This document shows positions 40,482-52,672 of a DNA stretch of 64,000 nucleotides, piece by piece. Source of the DNA: Eledone cirrhosa (lineage: Eukaryota); NCBI GenBank assembly GCA_964016885.1, contig OZ024742.1, positions 247,876,001 through 247,940,000 of the forward strand, given 5' to 3'. The translations under genes and the position numbers were made by a program. Every line of letters begins with the position of its first letter. Position 1 is the first letter of the stretch. The notes under the pieces were generated by a model. The model was given only the letters and a program-made list of their open reading frames with translations. It was not told the origin of the DNA and ran no database searches.

Positions 40482-40675
40482 AAAATGTTCAAGAACTCGA
40501 CGGCAGAACTCAAGCCGTTTCGACGGCTATTTCTGGACAAGAAATATCCGTCGAAACGGCTTGAGCTCTGCCGTCGTTGTTTTGAACATTTTCCTATTAC
40601 CCACTCTACTACCCTATGTATTGAGTACTCTGGTGCGTTATGGTCAATATGGTTCCTCACGACCATTCCTTCGTT
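40231..40675. mobile_element. Two tandem asymmetric fold-back elements, family D (40231-40438 and 40478-40675), separated by (TA)n
   Basis: Each has ~55-60-bp inverted arms containing GCCGTCGAAACGGCTTGAG and a ~75-bp tail with A.GTATTGAGTACT. Confidence 0.8.
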
Positions 40676-40681
40676 ATATAT

Positions 40682-40759
<78 letters not shown>

Positions 40760-41051
40760 TGACCACCATGCGCGCACGCAGTTGGTCCAGTTCCCACGCG
40801 GCCAGCTAACACTACTAATACACACTTACCCGTTGTACAATGCACACTATAGTGTGTGTGCATGTGTACAAGCTAGCGCTTTTTTTCCTTTTTTTTCTTT
40901 TTTTCCTCTCTTCTATTTCTTTTTCCTTTTTCTCCTTCTTCTTTCCTTTTCTTCTATTTTCCTATCTTTTTCTTACTCTTATATTTCTGTCATATGTAGG
41001 TGGTCACTTTCTTGTTGACATGCGTTTTTAGGCCTCATATCATGTTACCTT

Positions 41052-41119
41052 ATTTTATCTGATGAGAACACAATTTTTGTGCCAAGATGATGTTGTTTTC
41101 GAAATGCGCATAATAAAAT
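41052..41119 (+). ncRNA. Minimal type I hammerhead ribozyme motif (Penelope type)
   Basis: ATTTTAT-CTGATGA-GAAC…GTTTTC-GAAA-TGCGCA-TA-ATAAAAT: perfect 7-bp stem I, intact core, palindromic ATGCGCAT stem III, UA cleavage site. Confidence 0.8.
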
Positions 41120-41224
41120 ATATGGAACTTCTTTAACCATCTTTTAATTTCTTCTTTTATACATATAATATATATATATACAAAATATTTATAAATGAAA
41201 AATATTCTCACAATAAAAATATAT

Positions 41225-41285
41225 ATTTTATTATACATATTTCAAAGGTACAATGGTGTTTAAGTACGTTTTCATCAGATAAAAT
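41225..41285 (-). ncRNA. Second minimal hammerhead motif, convergent with 41052..41119
   Basis: Minus strand: ATTTTAT-CTGATGA-AAACGTAC…GTACCTTT-GAAA-TATGTA-TA-ATAAAAT. Lies within fold-back 41183-41372. Confidence 0.7.
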
Positions 41286-41475
41286 ATAATATTTGATATG
41301 CTTTGAAATATGTATAATAAAACATATATTTTGATTATGAGAATATTTTTATTTTTCATTTATTAATATTTTGAATAATATTAAATACTCCAGGAAAATT
41401 TCTGTCGACGAGTCCATCTAATCCATTGTAAAATTGTATTCGTTGAATAATCAACGAACCATATTAATATTTGGT

Positions 41476-41545
<70 letters not shown>

Positions 41546-41552
41546 TGTGTGT

Positions 41553-41605
<53 letters not shown>

Positions 41606-41609
41606 TGTG

Positions 41610-41678
<69 letters not shown>

Positions 41679-41706
41679 GTGTGTGTGTGTGTGTGCGTGT
41701 GTGGGT

Positions 41707-42043
41707 GTGAAGGCGCAAGGCTTAGTGGTTAGAAAATTGGGCTGCAATCGGAGGGTTGTGAGTTCCATTTTCGGAGCCGGTGTTGCGTTGCTTCCTTGAG
41801 CAAGAAACTTTATTTCGCTTTGCTCCAGTTCACTCGGCTGTAGAAATGAGTTGCAACGTCACTGGTGCCAAGCTGTATTGGCCATTGCCTTTGTCTTGGA
41901 CATCATCGATGGCGTGGAGAGGGGAAGCTGTTGTGCATGGGTGACTGGTGGTCTTCCACAAACAACCTTGCCCGGAGGTGTACCTCGGAGGGAAACTTTC
42001 TAGGAGCAAATCCCATGGTCATTCGTAGCCGAAGGGGTCTTTT
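41707..42043 (+). mobile_element. tRNA-headed SINE of a second family (CORE/V-like central domain)
   Basis: GGCTTAGTGGTTAG A box, GAGTTCCATT B-box-like sequence, central TCCTTGAGCAAGAAACTTTATTTC..TTGCTCCAGTTCACTCGGCTG. Embedded in (GT)n. Related 5' part at 62128..62254 (-). Confidence 0.75.
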
Positions 42044-42049
42044 GTTTGT

Positions 42050-42098
<49 letters not shown>

Positions 42099-42173
42099 TG
42101 TGTGTGTGTGTATGCTTGCGTGTACGTGTTTGTGTTTGTGTGTGAGTGTGTGTGTGTGCGTGTGTGCGTGTGC

Positions 42174-42285
<112 letters not shown>

Positions 42286-43072
42286 TCATTTTTGTGTCTG
42301 AGTATTTATTTTTCAGATGGAATCTTAAAGTCCGAAACGTTAAAGACGTTTAGAATTTTCCATATAATGTTTTCACTAATACATTCTAATGGAAATATAT
42401 AAAGAGTGAACATATGGCGAATTTATCCTGAAACATATCGTCGAAATAAATATTGTTATACATTTTTATTTTGAAATATCGAAAACTACAATTATTTTTT
42501 AAATATATTTTATTGAAAATCTAAAATGATTATAATTATGAAATGAAATATAATGTCAATTTATTCCCATTGTATCAATATATTTTAAATATGAATACAT
42601 CCATAATTAGAGGGAAACAAATATAATTATCCGAAAATAAATGTTATTATTATTCAATAAATGTGAAGGCGTATGTCGAAGTGCTTAGTGTGTTGGACTC
42701 ATGGTAATAAGGTGGTGGCGATGTGTGTGTTCCTCAGTATAATGCCTTTAAATACATTGTATACAGTAGATCATGAAAAGACCAATTCTTTTAATATTTA
42801 ACAATGTTGGAAATGAATTTCATATCTCTGATCGTACGCAAATGCCACGAGATACCCCACAAAATGTGGCGCAAAGTCCATCCTCTCTGTAAACCACACT
42901 TGGCTCGCGGTGACAAGTAGGTTTAAAATCAATAAACATGTTGCGGTTTCAGTTTGCAGTATCTCAAAATCAACTAGCTGATAATATGTATCCATCTATG
43001 TATCTATATATATATTATATGAATATGTACATATATAAACATGTGTGAGTGTGTGTGAGTATATATATATAT

Positions 43073-43279
43073 AACATGAATGGACCTGTTATTTTTATCT
43101 AAAGGCATATTTTCAAATTCTACCCCGCCCGTCGCTTCAATCTATCTTATTTTAATTCTTTCTTCTGCCGAAGGACTTACGTCCGAAACGTTAATACCTT
43201 CTTCCTGCTATTTTAAGCGTTAACCTAATATATTCTTTCCATATTCTGTACCGATTGTGTTGTTATTTCTATTTACCTT

Positions 43280-43283
<4 letters not shown>
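43073..43283 (+). mobile_element. Second copy of the 35072 hammerhead repeat (core mutated to CTGCCGA)
   Basis: Colinear with 35072..35285. Confidence 0.7.
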
Positions 43284-43357
<74 letters not shown>

Positions 43358-43539
43358 TATATATATAAATAAATTAGGATTGGTGCTCTGAAATAGCGAT
43401 GTATACATGAATGTACGTATAGTATATTTGGCAATATGCCGTATGTTTAATTTAAAACATTTTGAAGACCTTGCGCTATCATTTTAAAATATATATATAT
43501 ATGTGTATATACATATATACATATAGGAGTGTGTATATA

Positions 43540-43653
<114 letters not shown>

Positions 43654-44340
43654 TACAGAGAGAGAGAGAGAGATAGAGGTAGTGAAAGTGATGGTGAGAT
43701 GGTGAGAGTGGGGATGAGAGAGGGACAGACAGAAATTTAGGCAGATCTACGTTTACATGTATGCATAAATGGATATATGTCCTCGCGTATGAACAGATTT
43801 GTAAACGGATGAGTAATGGTTCATTGCAAATATACATTTGTATCTGAGCATGTGTATAAGTTTCGTCCATATCAATGCGTAGGAAAGTTTGTGTGTGTAT
43901 GTATGAAAGATTGAGGGTATGTATATATATGTTCATGTGTGTATTTGTATGTAACGTATAATTAACGGAAAAGAAAAATGATCATAACTGAAATTGTGTG
44001 ATACATAATATTATGTGATTTCGTTAAAGACAGAGAGAATTAATTAGCAAAAAGAGGTGAATCATCACTTTAGGAGTTCAAATGATATTATTGTGTTATA
44101 ATAACATCACATTGCTTGCATTAATTAATTTCCTGTGGTAGGAAATGATCCTTTACTTAACACAACATTGTGTAATGTTCATTAAACTTCAGTATGTACT
44201 AAGAATGGTATAAGCTATACTAATGTACCGTAATGTGTTATGCTGTATAGTAAAGGAAGGTTCGGGGATTAAATATAGCACCAGTAATGATATAGAAGAG
44301 AATTAGCAGAGTATATCGTTATGTTTATCTATCGTTATGT

Positions 44341-44391
<51 letters not shown>

Positions 44392-44437
44392 CCAATTTTT
44401 CTCGCTTACTCTCTCTCATTCACCCTCTCACCCTCTC

Positions 44438-44545
<108 letters not shown>

Positions 44546-45089
44546 ATGTTTAATATGTATCGGTATATATATCGGTAGGCGTTACAAGCAGGTTAAGGAA
44601 AGTGATACAGGCCAGTAAGATCTAGTCGAATGACTTCTTTGATTTAATTAGTTGTAGACGCTGAAATACAAACGAGATTTTTCTATCAAATTTTAACGAT
44701 AAATATCTTCAGTGCAACAACAGTTTCCGTTGAAGATCTCATTAATTTTATGCAGTTGATCGAATCATGATCAGGGCATTTAGTACGAATGCTGTTTAGG
44801 GATATCGTGACAGGGTAATAAACTCTGTATGCTATCAAATTACTGAAATCATTTTGATCACCGTTTGGAAAATCTAAATACTCGGAGGCAATATGATCAT
44901 GATAATGGTGGCTTAGATTCTTAGAACTTCAACATGGGAAGAATACAAAAAGAATATATTCTCCTATTTCATCCCCACACGAACTTTGTTGTGGTTTGTG
45001 AGTATATATTTGTATATATACACACACATATATATCTGTGTGTGTGAGTGTGTGTGTGGGTATCATTATACATGATGATGATGATGATG

Positions 45090-45170
<81 letters not shown>

Positions 45171-45697
45171 GGAGTTAAAAAGGATTTGGAACTGCCATGA
45201 AATCAAGGTCGTCCCGATTGTCTTAGGCACACAAGGTACTATCTCAAAGAGTTTCCAAGGATGGTTAAAGAAGATTCGTCCAGCCCCGCTTTTTGTAACA
45301 CTTCAAAAGGCATGCTTGCTGGGAACAGCAAGAACCCTCCGATACGTCCTGAATATCTGAGGCTGCAGGTATTATTATTATTATTGCAGGTATATTATTA
45401 TTATTATTGTTCTTTGAGTCTCAGTCATTGATGTTAGTTAACTGGAAAGTTTGTTGAAATGAATATCAAGCCGCTACCTGCAGCCTCACATATTCAGGAC
45501 GTATCGGAGGGTTCTTGCTGTTCTCAGCAAGCATACCTTTTAAAGTGTTCCAAAAAGCGGGGCTGGACTAATTTTCTTTAACCATCATTGGAAACTCTTT
45601 GAGATAGTACCTGGTGCGCTTATGACAATCGGGACGACTCTGACTTCATGGCAGTGCCAAATCCTCCCCCCCCCACACACTTTAAGTCCTGGTACGC
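45171..45697. mobile_element. Two short Dong family A 3' fragments in inverted arrangement (45171-45370 +, 45408-45697 -)
   Basis: Both match 16510-16770. Bounded by (AAT)n on the left and (ATT)n on the right. Confidence 0.85.
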
Positions 45698-45735
<38 letters not shown>

Positions 45736-46034
45736 GAATGCCATGGTTGACGGAGGCTCGGCTCTGTAAGGTATAGTAATTTTTAACCGTTAAAACAATT
45801 GTAAATTGTTTAAAACTTGAACCAAATTGTTGATAAAGACACCCTCCTCCTCGTGAGAGGGGTCTTTCTGTCCGTTATTTGGCCCTTCGGGGTTAAATAG
45901 CCAGTTATTGGGGTTTTGTACCCAAAATTTCATTTTAAACAAAAAAACATGGCTACCAAAAAAAAAAATTTCATACGTCACTCCCACTCATTCCGTCTTC
46001 TTCTTCCTCAATCATCACTACAGGAGAGAGAAGA

Positions 46035-48047
46035 TTGTCTCTCTCCCTCCCTTCTTTAAATGTGTCTCTCTCCCTACCTTCTCTTTCGCAAGCGACGAAA
46101 GAAAAGAAAAGTCTCGTGCAAAGCGTGCAAGGTTTCTCCACGACGACGACGACAGCGACGAAACAGGTGTGCGGGAAATACGAAAACCCAGTTCATTCGT
46201 CTGACGTCAGGAATAATAGCAGTAGCAGCCGTAATAACAACAGCAACAGTGACAATGAAAACAACAGTAGCAGCCGCAACAGCATCACCAGCAGCATAAA
46301 CAACAACAGCATTAGCAGCAGCAACACCAACAACAACCACAGCAACAGCGGCGGAGGCAGTAGTCGTAGTACCTGCAGCAACAACAAAAGTACCAGCAGC
46401 TCTGACGACAACAACAACAGCAGAGAAAAACCAATCTCATTTGCAGGTATTGCGAAAAACCTGGAAACAATCCTCATAACAAATGAGGAATTAGAGGAAG
46501 CGAAGAAGATGGTGACAAAGAACGGACACCGAGCAATCTGCAAGGCAGCGAAAAATTTTTTCGAAACCCAAGAGCACTGTACGGTCACGTACCGTACAGT
46601 AAGTACAAAATCCCGTAGGGTGGAAAGAGCCACAGAGGCCCAAATACAAAAAGCCTTGGGGTCTGTGTGGCAGAGGAAAACGCACATCACCCGAGGCAAA
46701 AAATACGCCACCGTAGACGTACTTTTTGCCACACCCCAGGAGGCAAAGGCCCAATCAGTAGTGACCCTAAGGAGCGAGGAAATGGTGTTGGTGCCCTCCT
46801 ACTGCGGGCAAAAAATTGTGAGGGTCAAACTGACCCACGTCCCCCCCGGAATGACCCCTTCTTGGCTGGCCGCGTCTGTCCTCGTCGGAATCGAGGACAA
46901 AACAACTGTACTGCAAGTACAGAAAAAAGTAAGAGAAGATTGGGTCGGCTCCTCCATTGAGATGCTAATCCAAACCAACCAGGAGTGCATCGAAGCTATC
47001 CCGGATGTGATAGACTTCGATAACGGCACTCAACTGCCCATAAGTGTTGAGGGCAAACGCCCGAAATGCTTTCGCTGTGGATCGAAGACTCACCTCAGGG
47101 CCTTCTGCAACGAGAAGACCCTGAGAAAGGAGAAAACCCCCCTCCTCCCGAATCCGGTTCCACGGCTACCAGCAACAGGACAAGCGGCAACCAGGAACGA
47201 TAGGTCCGTGGCACCCATACCCACTCCACGGAAATCAAAGACAGCAGCAGCAGTGGAAATATTAACAACAACAACAGCAATACCAAATGCAGCTGCAACA
47301 GAGACTCCAGTGCAAACATCACCAACAACAACAAGTGAAAGAGTGGAGCTGGTACCCCTCCCCGACCTTACAGAATCAGACATGGAGTGTGAGGTGGGAG
47401 AGGGATGGCAAAAGGTCTCAAGAAGGCACAAACGCAGAAGCAGCGCATCGTCGCCTTTGAAAAGGGAGGAAAGAAATGAGAAAAGGGTAAAGTCTACTGC
47501 AAAGAGACCCACAGCAGCAACACCACCAACACCATCACCACCCACACCAGCACCACCATCACCACCGGCGACAACCCCACCGCCAACAACACCTTCAACA
47601 CCACCACCACAAGCACCAACATCGCAAACACAACAACAAAACACACACACCCAGCAACAACGACAAGAAAATAGCAGAACCACACCCCACCCCCAGAAAA
47701 ACAAATGCACGGCAATAAACACACACAACAAGAAACTAATGACTTACATAATTGAACACACAGACATTTCACAACAGGACTACATAATACCAGCACCAAT
47801 CAAAACGCCAACTAACATAAGACTGCTAAAAATAGCACAGAAACAATACACAAACATTAAAACGAAATTCCCCAACGCAGTTGGTGATTTCAGGGACCTA
47901 GGAGGAACCATTAATCGAAGAGTATATTCAGACATTCTCTTAGAAGAGCCGACGACCAGCCGAAGGGACGATTCAACGGTCCCTTCACCAGACGATCAAG
48001 TGAAAAGGGATGTAAAAACCATCCCTCCTCTACCAAAAATACGGTAA
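46035..48047 (+). CDS. Tx1 ORF1 (gag-like nucleic-acid-binding protein with CCHC zinc knuckle)
   Basis: CFRCGSKTHLRAFC (CX2CX4HX4C), with Ser/Asn-rich and Pro/Thr-rich linkers. The track start is TTG; the ATG at 45949 would be in frame if the A11 run were A12. Confidence 0.85.
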   Translation: MSLSLPSLNVSLSLPSLSQATKEKKSLVQSVQGFSTTTTTATKQVCGKYENPVHSSDVRNNSSSSRNNNSNSDNENNSSSRNSITSSINNNSISSSNTNNNHSNSGGGSSRSTCSNNKSTSSSDDNNNSREKPISFAGIAKNLETILITNEELEEAKKMVTKNGHRAICKAAKNFFETQEHCTVTYRTVSTKSRRVERATEAQIQKALGSVWQRKTHITRGKKYATVDVLFATPQEAKAQSVVTLRSEEMVLVPSYCGQKIVRVKLTHVPPGMTPSWLAASVLVGIEDKTTVLQVQKKVREDWVGSSIEMLIQTNQECIEAIPDVIDFDNGTQLPISVEGKRPKCFRCGSKTHLRAFCNEKTLRKEKTPLLPNPVPRLPATGQAATRNDRSVAPIPTPRKSKTAAAVEILTTTTAIPNAAATETPVQTSPTTTSERVELVPLPDLTESDMECEVGEGWQKVSRRHKRRSSASSPLKREERNEKRVKSTAKRPTAATPPTPSPPTPAPPSPPATTPPPTTPSTPPPQAPTSQTQQQNTHTQQQRQENSRTTPHPQKNKCTAINTHNKKLMTYIIEHTDISQQDYIIPAPIKTPTNIRLLKIAQKQYTNIKTKFPNAVGDFRDLGGTINRRVYSDILLEEPTTSRRDDSTVPSPDDQVKRDVKTIPPLPKIR

Positions 48048-48082
48048 GTGGTCTTTCCCATCTTTTCCACTCTATTTTAAAC

Positions 48083-51000
48083 ATGACCTCACTCAGAATA
48101 GGCAGCATAAATGCGCGTGGCTTGGGGTCGTCATGGAAGCAGGGTCACCTGCTCAACGACCTCAGGTCACTAAACATAGATGTAGTGGCCATCAGCGAGA
48201 CCAGAATCTCCGAAGCACGGGCCTTCGCACCGATCTTCGGCGGCTACGATGTGTACGCATCTCCCAGCCGTCCTGGATCCGGTGGAGGAGTTGCTGTGCT
48301 TTTTCGGAGAGGTTTGGATCTCGCCATACGGGCCATCTTCCTGGACCCAGAGGGTAAGCTGGTGGTGCTGGACGTGACCAGCGGAGACGGGCAAGCTTTC
48401 AGGCTAGTGGCCGTCTATGCCCCGACAGGAGCAGGGCGGCCTGATTTCTTCCGGCGTCTGGAGACCTTTCTTGGAACGTCGCGCTCTTTAGTGTTAGTGG
48501 GCGACTGGAACGGGATCTTAGATGCACGCTGGGACTGTGTGGGATTAGCGGATAGGGGTGGAGGGTGCAAGAGCCTCACCAACCTGCTCAGGCGTTTTGA
48601 ACTGTCTGACAGGTACCGATTGGATTTCCCGAATGTGCCAATGTGGACTTGGACAAACCGCATAGGGTCATCCAGATCATATCTAGATAGAGTATTTTGT
48701 AGGGAAATAGATAGGTCTAGCATAGGCTGTCCACAATTCAAGATAGTCAGCTACACGGACCACAAATTCGTGATCTGTGTGCTTGACTTAGATAGGCTTC
48801 ATAGACGAGGACCCGGCTACTGGAAGCTAAACGCGTCCTTACCAGCGCGCAAGGCCTACAGAGACCGGATTAGCGAACTAGTTAAGCGGGCGTTGACGGG
48901 GGCCATCGTCAACAACAAGTGGTGGTTTGCTCTGAAAAGAGCGATTAGAATAGAATCGATTAGGTTTAGTAAGGCTTTAGCAATAGAGAAAAATAGAGCA
49001 GAGGGAGAACTAGTTAGAAAATTAGACGAGGCGCTTAGCAAAGGCATTGCGACCGACGTGCTTGCGGCGAAATTGGCCCTTGACCAATTCTTCAATGCAA
49101 AGCACGAAGGCTGCGTTGTCAGAGCTAGGGTGCGTGCTCTCAGACACGAGGGGACGAAAGCCGTTCAATGGGCCCGAGTGGCGGAGGCGCGTCGTGGCAA
49201 CAAAGCCACGATCCGGTCTTTGGTGGACCACGACGGGCGCATGCTACTCGATCCCGGGCAAATGTGTGAAGCTTTTCAGCGACACTTCGCTCAGCTGTTC
49301 GGGGGCAGCGGGGGGCCGGGTAGAGGGATGGACTTTAGTGTCTACCTCGACGGACTGCCGCGGCTCTCGGCCACTGAGGCGAAGTGTTGCGAAAAGCCGA
49401 TAACAGCCGCTGAAGTAAGGGAGGCAATGACTGGCTGCACAAGGGGTAAATCGCCTGGTTTGGATGGTCTGCCCTATGAACTTTACGTACAGATGCCAGA
49501 CTTGTTCGGAGGCCTCTTGGCGGACGTCTACTGCAACTGGCAACAGAACGGGAGAATTCCCAGTTCTGTGAGCCGAGGAGCGGTGGCACTGCTGAGAAAG
49601 GATCCGAACAAGGGGGATAACATAGACAATTTCCGGCCCATAACTCTGCTAAACACAGAGTTTAAGATTTTGGCCAAGGTGCTAGCAAAGAGGTTGGCGC
49701 TTGTCGTTGGTGGTCTGGTGGGAGAGGCGCAGACATGCGCCATTCCCGACAGATCCATCCACGACAACCTCCACCTCATGCGATACATCGTAGAGAGGGT
49801 AGCTAGGGAACCTGGCACGGGTGGGTCCTTGATCAATTTAGATCAGTCGAAAGCTTTCGATAGGGTCGACCATCGTTACCTAGCGGCAGTCCTGAGGGCG
49901 GCTGGCTTTGGGCCCGTCTTCAGAGGCTGGATCGCTGCCATGCACAGCGACATCTGCTCTGTGGTGAGAGTGAACGGTCACCTGTCGGAACCGTTCAACA
50001 TCATGCGCTCGGTCCGCCAAGGATGTCCCCTCTCGTCCCTCTTGTACGTATTGACTCTCGAGCCATTACTGCACAAACTGGAGACGTTGAGGGGAGTCCC
50101 GCGCGAACTAGGATGCGGAAGATCCGTGTCAGCATATGCGGACGATGTCACCGTAGTGGTGTCGAACGCCAAACACATCGAGGCGATCGGCACTACACTA
50201 AGAGAATACGAAGCGGTGACAGGAGCAATGATCAACCAGGAAAAGTCAGTGGGCCTGCAGCTCGGCACCTGGAGAGGCAGGTCCATGCCGTCCAACAGCG
50301 TCGTCGGGCGCTGGACGGACGGACCGGTTAAATTGCTAGGGGTCTGGTTCGGTCCGGACCTCCAGACGGACAAAAACTGGGACGAGGTGACGAGCAGGGT
50401 GGCTTCTCTCACCCAGAAATGGGCGGAGAGGAAGCTATCCCTGAAAGGTCGAGCGGAGGTGGCTAACGCGTACATCGCGTCTGTCATCTGCTACCGCCTA
50501 ACCGTCGTACCTTGTCCTAAGCCTCGCCTGACTGCGCTGGAGCGTTTGCTCTTTCGCTTTTTGTGGAAGGGACGTGCTCCGATGGTCAGGCGGTCCATCT
50601 GTTGTCAACACCCGCTACGTGGAGGGCTGGGCATGCCGTGGCTGATGATGCGCAGGCACGCGCTCAGGCTACGACATCTCCACCTCTTCCTCGACGGTGA
50701 TCAGGTGTGGTCGCCGTTTGCTAGACGCGTTTTTCCCCAGCTCGTTTCCTTGACGGAGCTGCAGTCCTGGGTCAAGCGAAGACCGAGAGGGAGCGCCTGG
50801 AGACTGGAATGTCTTCAGGCGCTCACAGCCCTCGACCAATCGGGCAATGTGATCGGTGGAAACTCCACCTCGGCGTTCTATAGAGGATTAGTGGAGGGGA
50901 AGAGCGACGACGTACTTGGGGAAACTCTAGGCGTCGACGAAAATCAACTAGCCAATCTCTTCGGAAGAACTTTCGGGCCAGGGCCTATGGACAACTTCCA

Positions 51001-51502
51001 GAAATCTCTGGCCTGGCAGTGCTACCGAGGAGCCTTGCCAGTTCGGGATAAACTCTACAGGCATGGAGGTGCCGTCAGCCGGGCATGTCCGAGATGCGCG
51101 CAGGGCGACGAAACCGTCCTGCACGCACTCGTCCAGTGTCCGAAAATTGCTGACTTGTGGGTTTATGTCGAACACCTGCTGTCGCGTTTAGGACGGATCC
51201 AGCTATCATCTGAGTCTATCGTGAGGATTGCCCCGCCCTCCTCCTTTAGCCGGGAAGGGCAGGCAGTTTTTATCTGTCTGGTGGCCATGGCGAAAGAGAT
51301 AGTATGGTGGACACGTTTGAAAGGGCTGAAGACGAGCACTTACCTCTTCGGTGATGCTCTGATTGACTTTTTCAAATTTCATTTGAAAAGGAAAATCAGA
51401 GTAGAGAAGGAAGTGCTCTCTTCCCAGCATTTTGTTGAAAGATGGGTGAGAGAAGCAAGAATGGCCCGAGTGAATGGGCCGACTCTGAGTATATATCTGT
51501 AA
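48083..51502 (+). CDS. Tx1 ORF2: APE endonuclease, reverse transcriptase and C-terminal zinc finger
   Basis: 1139 aa. SINARGL, ISET, VYAP, GDWN, YLDR, TDH (APE); KSPGLDG, RQGCPLS, AYADDV (RT); CPRC…H…C. Confidence 0.95.
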   Translation: MTSLRIGSINARGLGSSWKQGHLLNDLRSLNIDVVAISETRISEARAFAPIFGGYDVYASPSRPGSGGGVAVLFRRGLDLAIRAIFLDPEGKLVVLDVTSGDGQAFRLVAVYAPTGAGRPDFFRRLETFLGTSRSLVLVGDWNGILDARWDCVGLADRGGGCKSLTNLLRRFELSDRYRLDFPNVPMWTWTNRIGSSRSYLDRVFCREIDRSSIGCPQFKIVSYTDHKFVICVLDLDRLHRRGPGYWKLNASLPARKAYRDRISELVKRALTGAIVNNKWWFALKRAIRIESIRFSKALAIEKNRAEGELVRKLDEALSKGIATDVLAAKLALDQFFNAKHEGCVVRARVRALRHEGTKAVQWARVAEARRGNKATIRSLVDHDGRMLLDPGQMCEAFQRHFAQLFGGSGGPGRGMDFSVYLDGLPRLSATEAKCCEKPITAAEVREAMTGCTRGKSPGLDGLPYELYVQMPDLFGGLLADVYCNWQQNGRIPSSVSRGAVALLRKDPNKGDNIDNFRPITLLNTEFKILAKVLAKRLALVVGGLVGEAQTCAIPDRSIHDNLHLMRYIVERVAREPGTGGSLINLDQSKAFDRVDHRYLAAVLRAAGFGPVFRGWIAAMHSDICSVVRVNGHLSEPFNIMRSVRQGCPLSSLLYVLTLEPLLHKLETLRGVPRELGCGRSVSAYADDVTVVVSNAKHIEAIGTTLREYEAVTGAMINQEKSVGLQLGTWRGRSMPSNSVVGRWTDGPVKLLGVWFGPDLQTDKNWDEVTSRVASLTQKWAERKLSLKGRAEVANAYIASVICYRLTVVPCPKPRLTALERLLFRFLWKGRAPMVRRSICCQHPLRGGLGMPWLMMRRHALRLRHLHLFLDGDQVWSPFARRVFPQLVSLTELQSWVKRRPRGSAWRLECLQALTALDQSGNVIGGNSTSAFYRGLVEGKSDDVLGETLGVDENQLANLFGRTFGPGPMDNFQKSLAWQCYRGALPVRDKLYRHGGAVSRACPRCAQGDETVLHALVQCPKIADLWVYVEHLLSRLGRIQLSSESIVRIAPPSSFSREGQAVFICLVAMAKEIVWWTRLKGLKTSTYLFGDALIDFFKFHLKRKIRVEKEVLSSQHFVERWVREARMARVNGPTLSIYL

Positions 51503-51762
51503 ACTAAAGGTGGAAAACTGGGAGAGGGCACTTGCCTTGGTGGTCAGGGTCATTGTGGCTTTTTACTGGGCTTTCTCCACAAATGTCCCTCCGAAGTCTC
51601 CCCCCTATTGGGGAATTTTTCATTGTTATTTTCATTGTTATTTTTGTTACATCCTCTATTTTTGTTTTTTTACACGCAGAAATGCCCATTTGTACCGTCC
51701 TGCATTGTCCTGCACTGTCCTTAATGTCTACTTTATGTAAACCCTTGTGGTTAATAAAGAAA

Positions 51763-51829
<67 letters not shown>

Positions 51830-51832
51830 AGT

Positions 51833-52464
51833 TGCATTTATCTTGCTTTATGTTCATACGAGTTATCACCAAGTCACAACCAGTGACCTCAAGAGACAAC
51901 AAGGTCCGCCATGTTCAAGAAAGAACATACATACTCACACATGCATCTTTAGTGTTTAGACTTGTGATGTACTTATATTGACAGAATCTTCCTTAGTATA
52001 TGGGCAGTTCCCATTAGTACTATCTTTTGTATTTCTCCTATACGCGGGTTTCCTGGGATTTGCGATAAGTAATCATTAGACCCCTTAGGTATCATTCCCA
52101 GAGCGCCTACAACCACTGGTATTGTTTTAGTTCTCAATTTCCACATTTTTCCAATTCCTATCTCCAGGTCCTTATACTTGCTCAATTTTTCAAATGTTTT
52201 TATAGATACATTCTTGTCTATTGGAACAGACATATCAATTAGCAGGCATACCCTCTTTTTAAAGTCCTTCAATATTATATCAGGTCTATTTGCATCTATT
52301 TGTCGGTCTGTTTGGATGCTAAAGTTCCACAAGATTGAGATGTGATCTTTTTCAAGTATGGGAGGTGGTTGATGCTCCCACCAATTCTTTTGATGGGGCA
52401 GGTCAAAATGCTTACACATTATCCAATGTATGTATTGTGCAGCCCTGTCATGCCTGTTTAGGTA
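51833..52464 (-). mobile_element. 5'-truncated copy of Dong family B (RLE domain plus 3' UTR)
   Basis: Near-identical to 52673-53304. ORF 51973..52419. Confidence 0.9.
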
Positions 52465-52469
52465 TTATT

Positions 52470-52655
52470 CGGTGAATTGGCAGTATCGGTAGAGGTTCGG
52501 ATTATGCTTACCAGCATAGTTACGTACCTTTACGATCTGAGTTCCATTCCCGCCGAGGTTAACTTGGCCTTTCATCCTTACGGGGTCGATAAAATAAAGT
52601 ACCAGTAATGTACTGGGATAATTGCTGGCCTTGTGCCAAAAAGTAGAAACAATTA
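52470..52655 (+). mobile_element. Meta-domain SINE
   Basis: SINE consensus with an (ATT)n tail shared tail-to-tail with Dong B. Confidence 0.88.
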
Positions 52656-52672
52656 TTATTATTATTATTATT

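Larger units (their letters stand above)
45737..51765 (+). mobile_element. Full-length Tx1-clade LINE inserted in (ATT)n
   Basis: (ATT)n at both ends, 5' UTR, two ORFs separated by 35 bp, and a 3' UTR with AATAAA directly before the (ATT)n tail. Confidence 0.92.
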
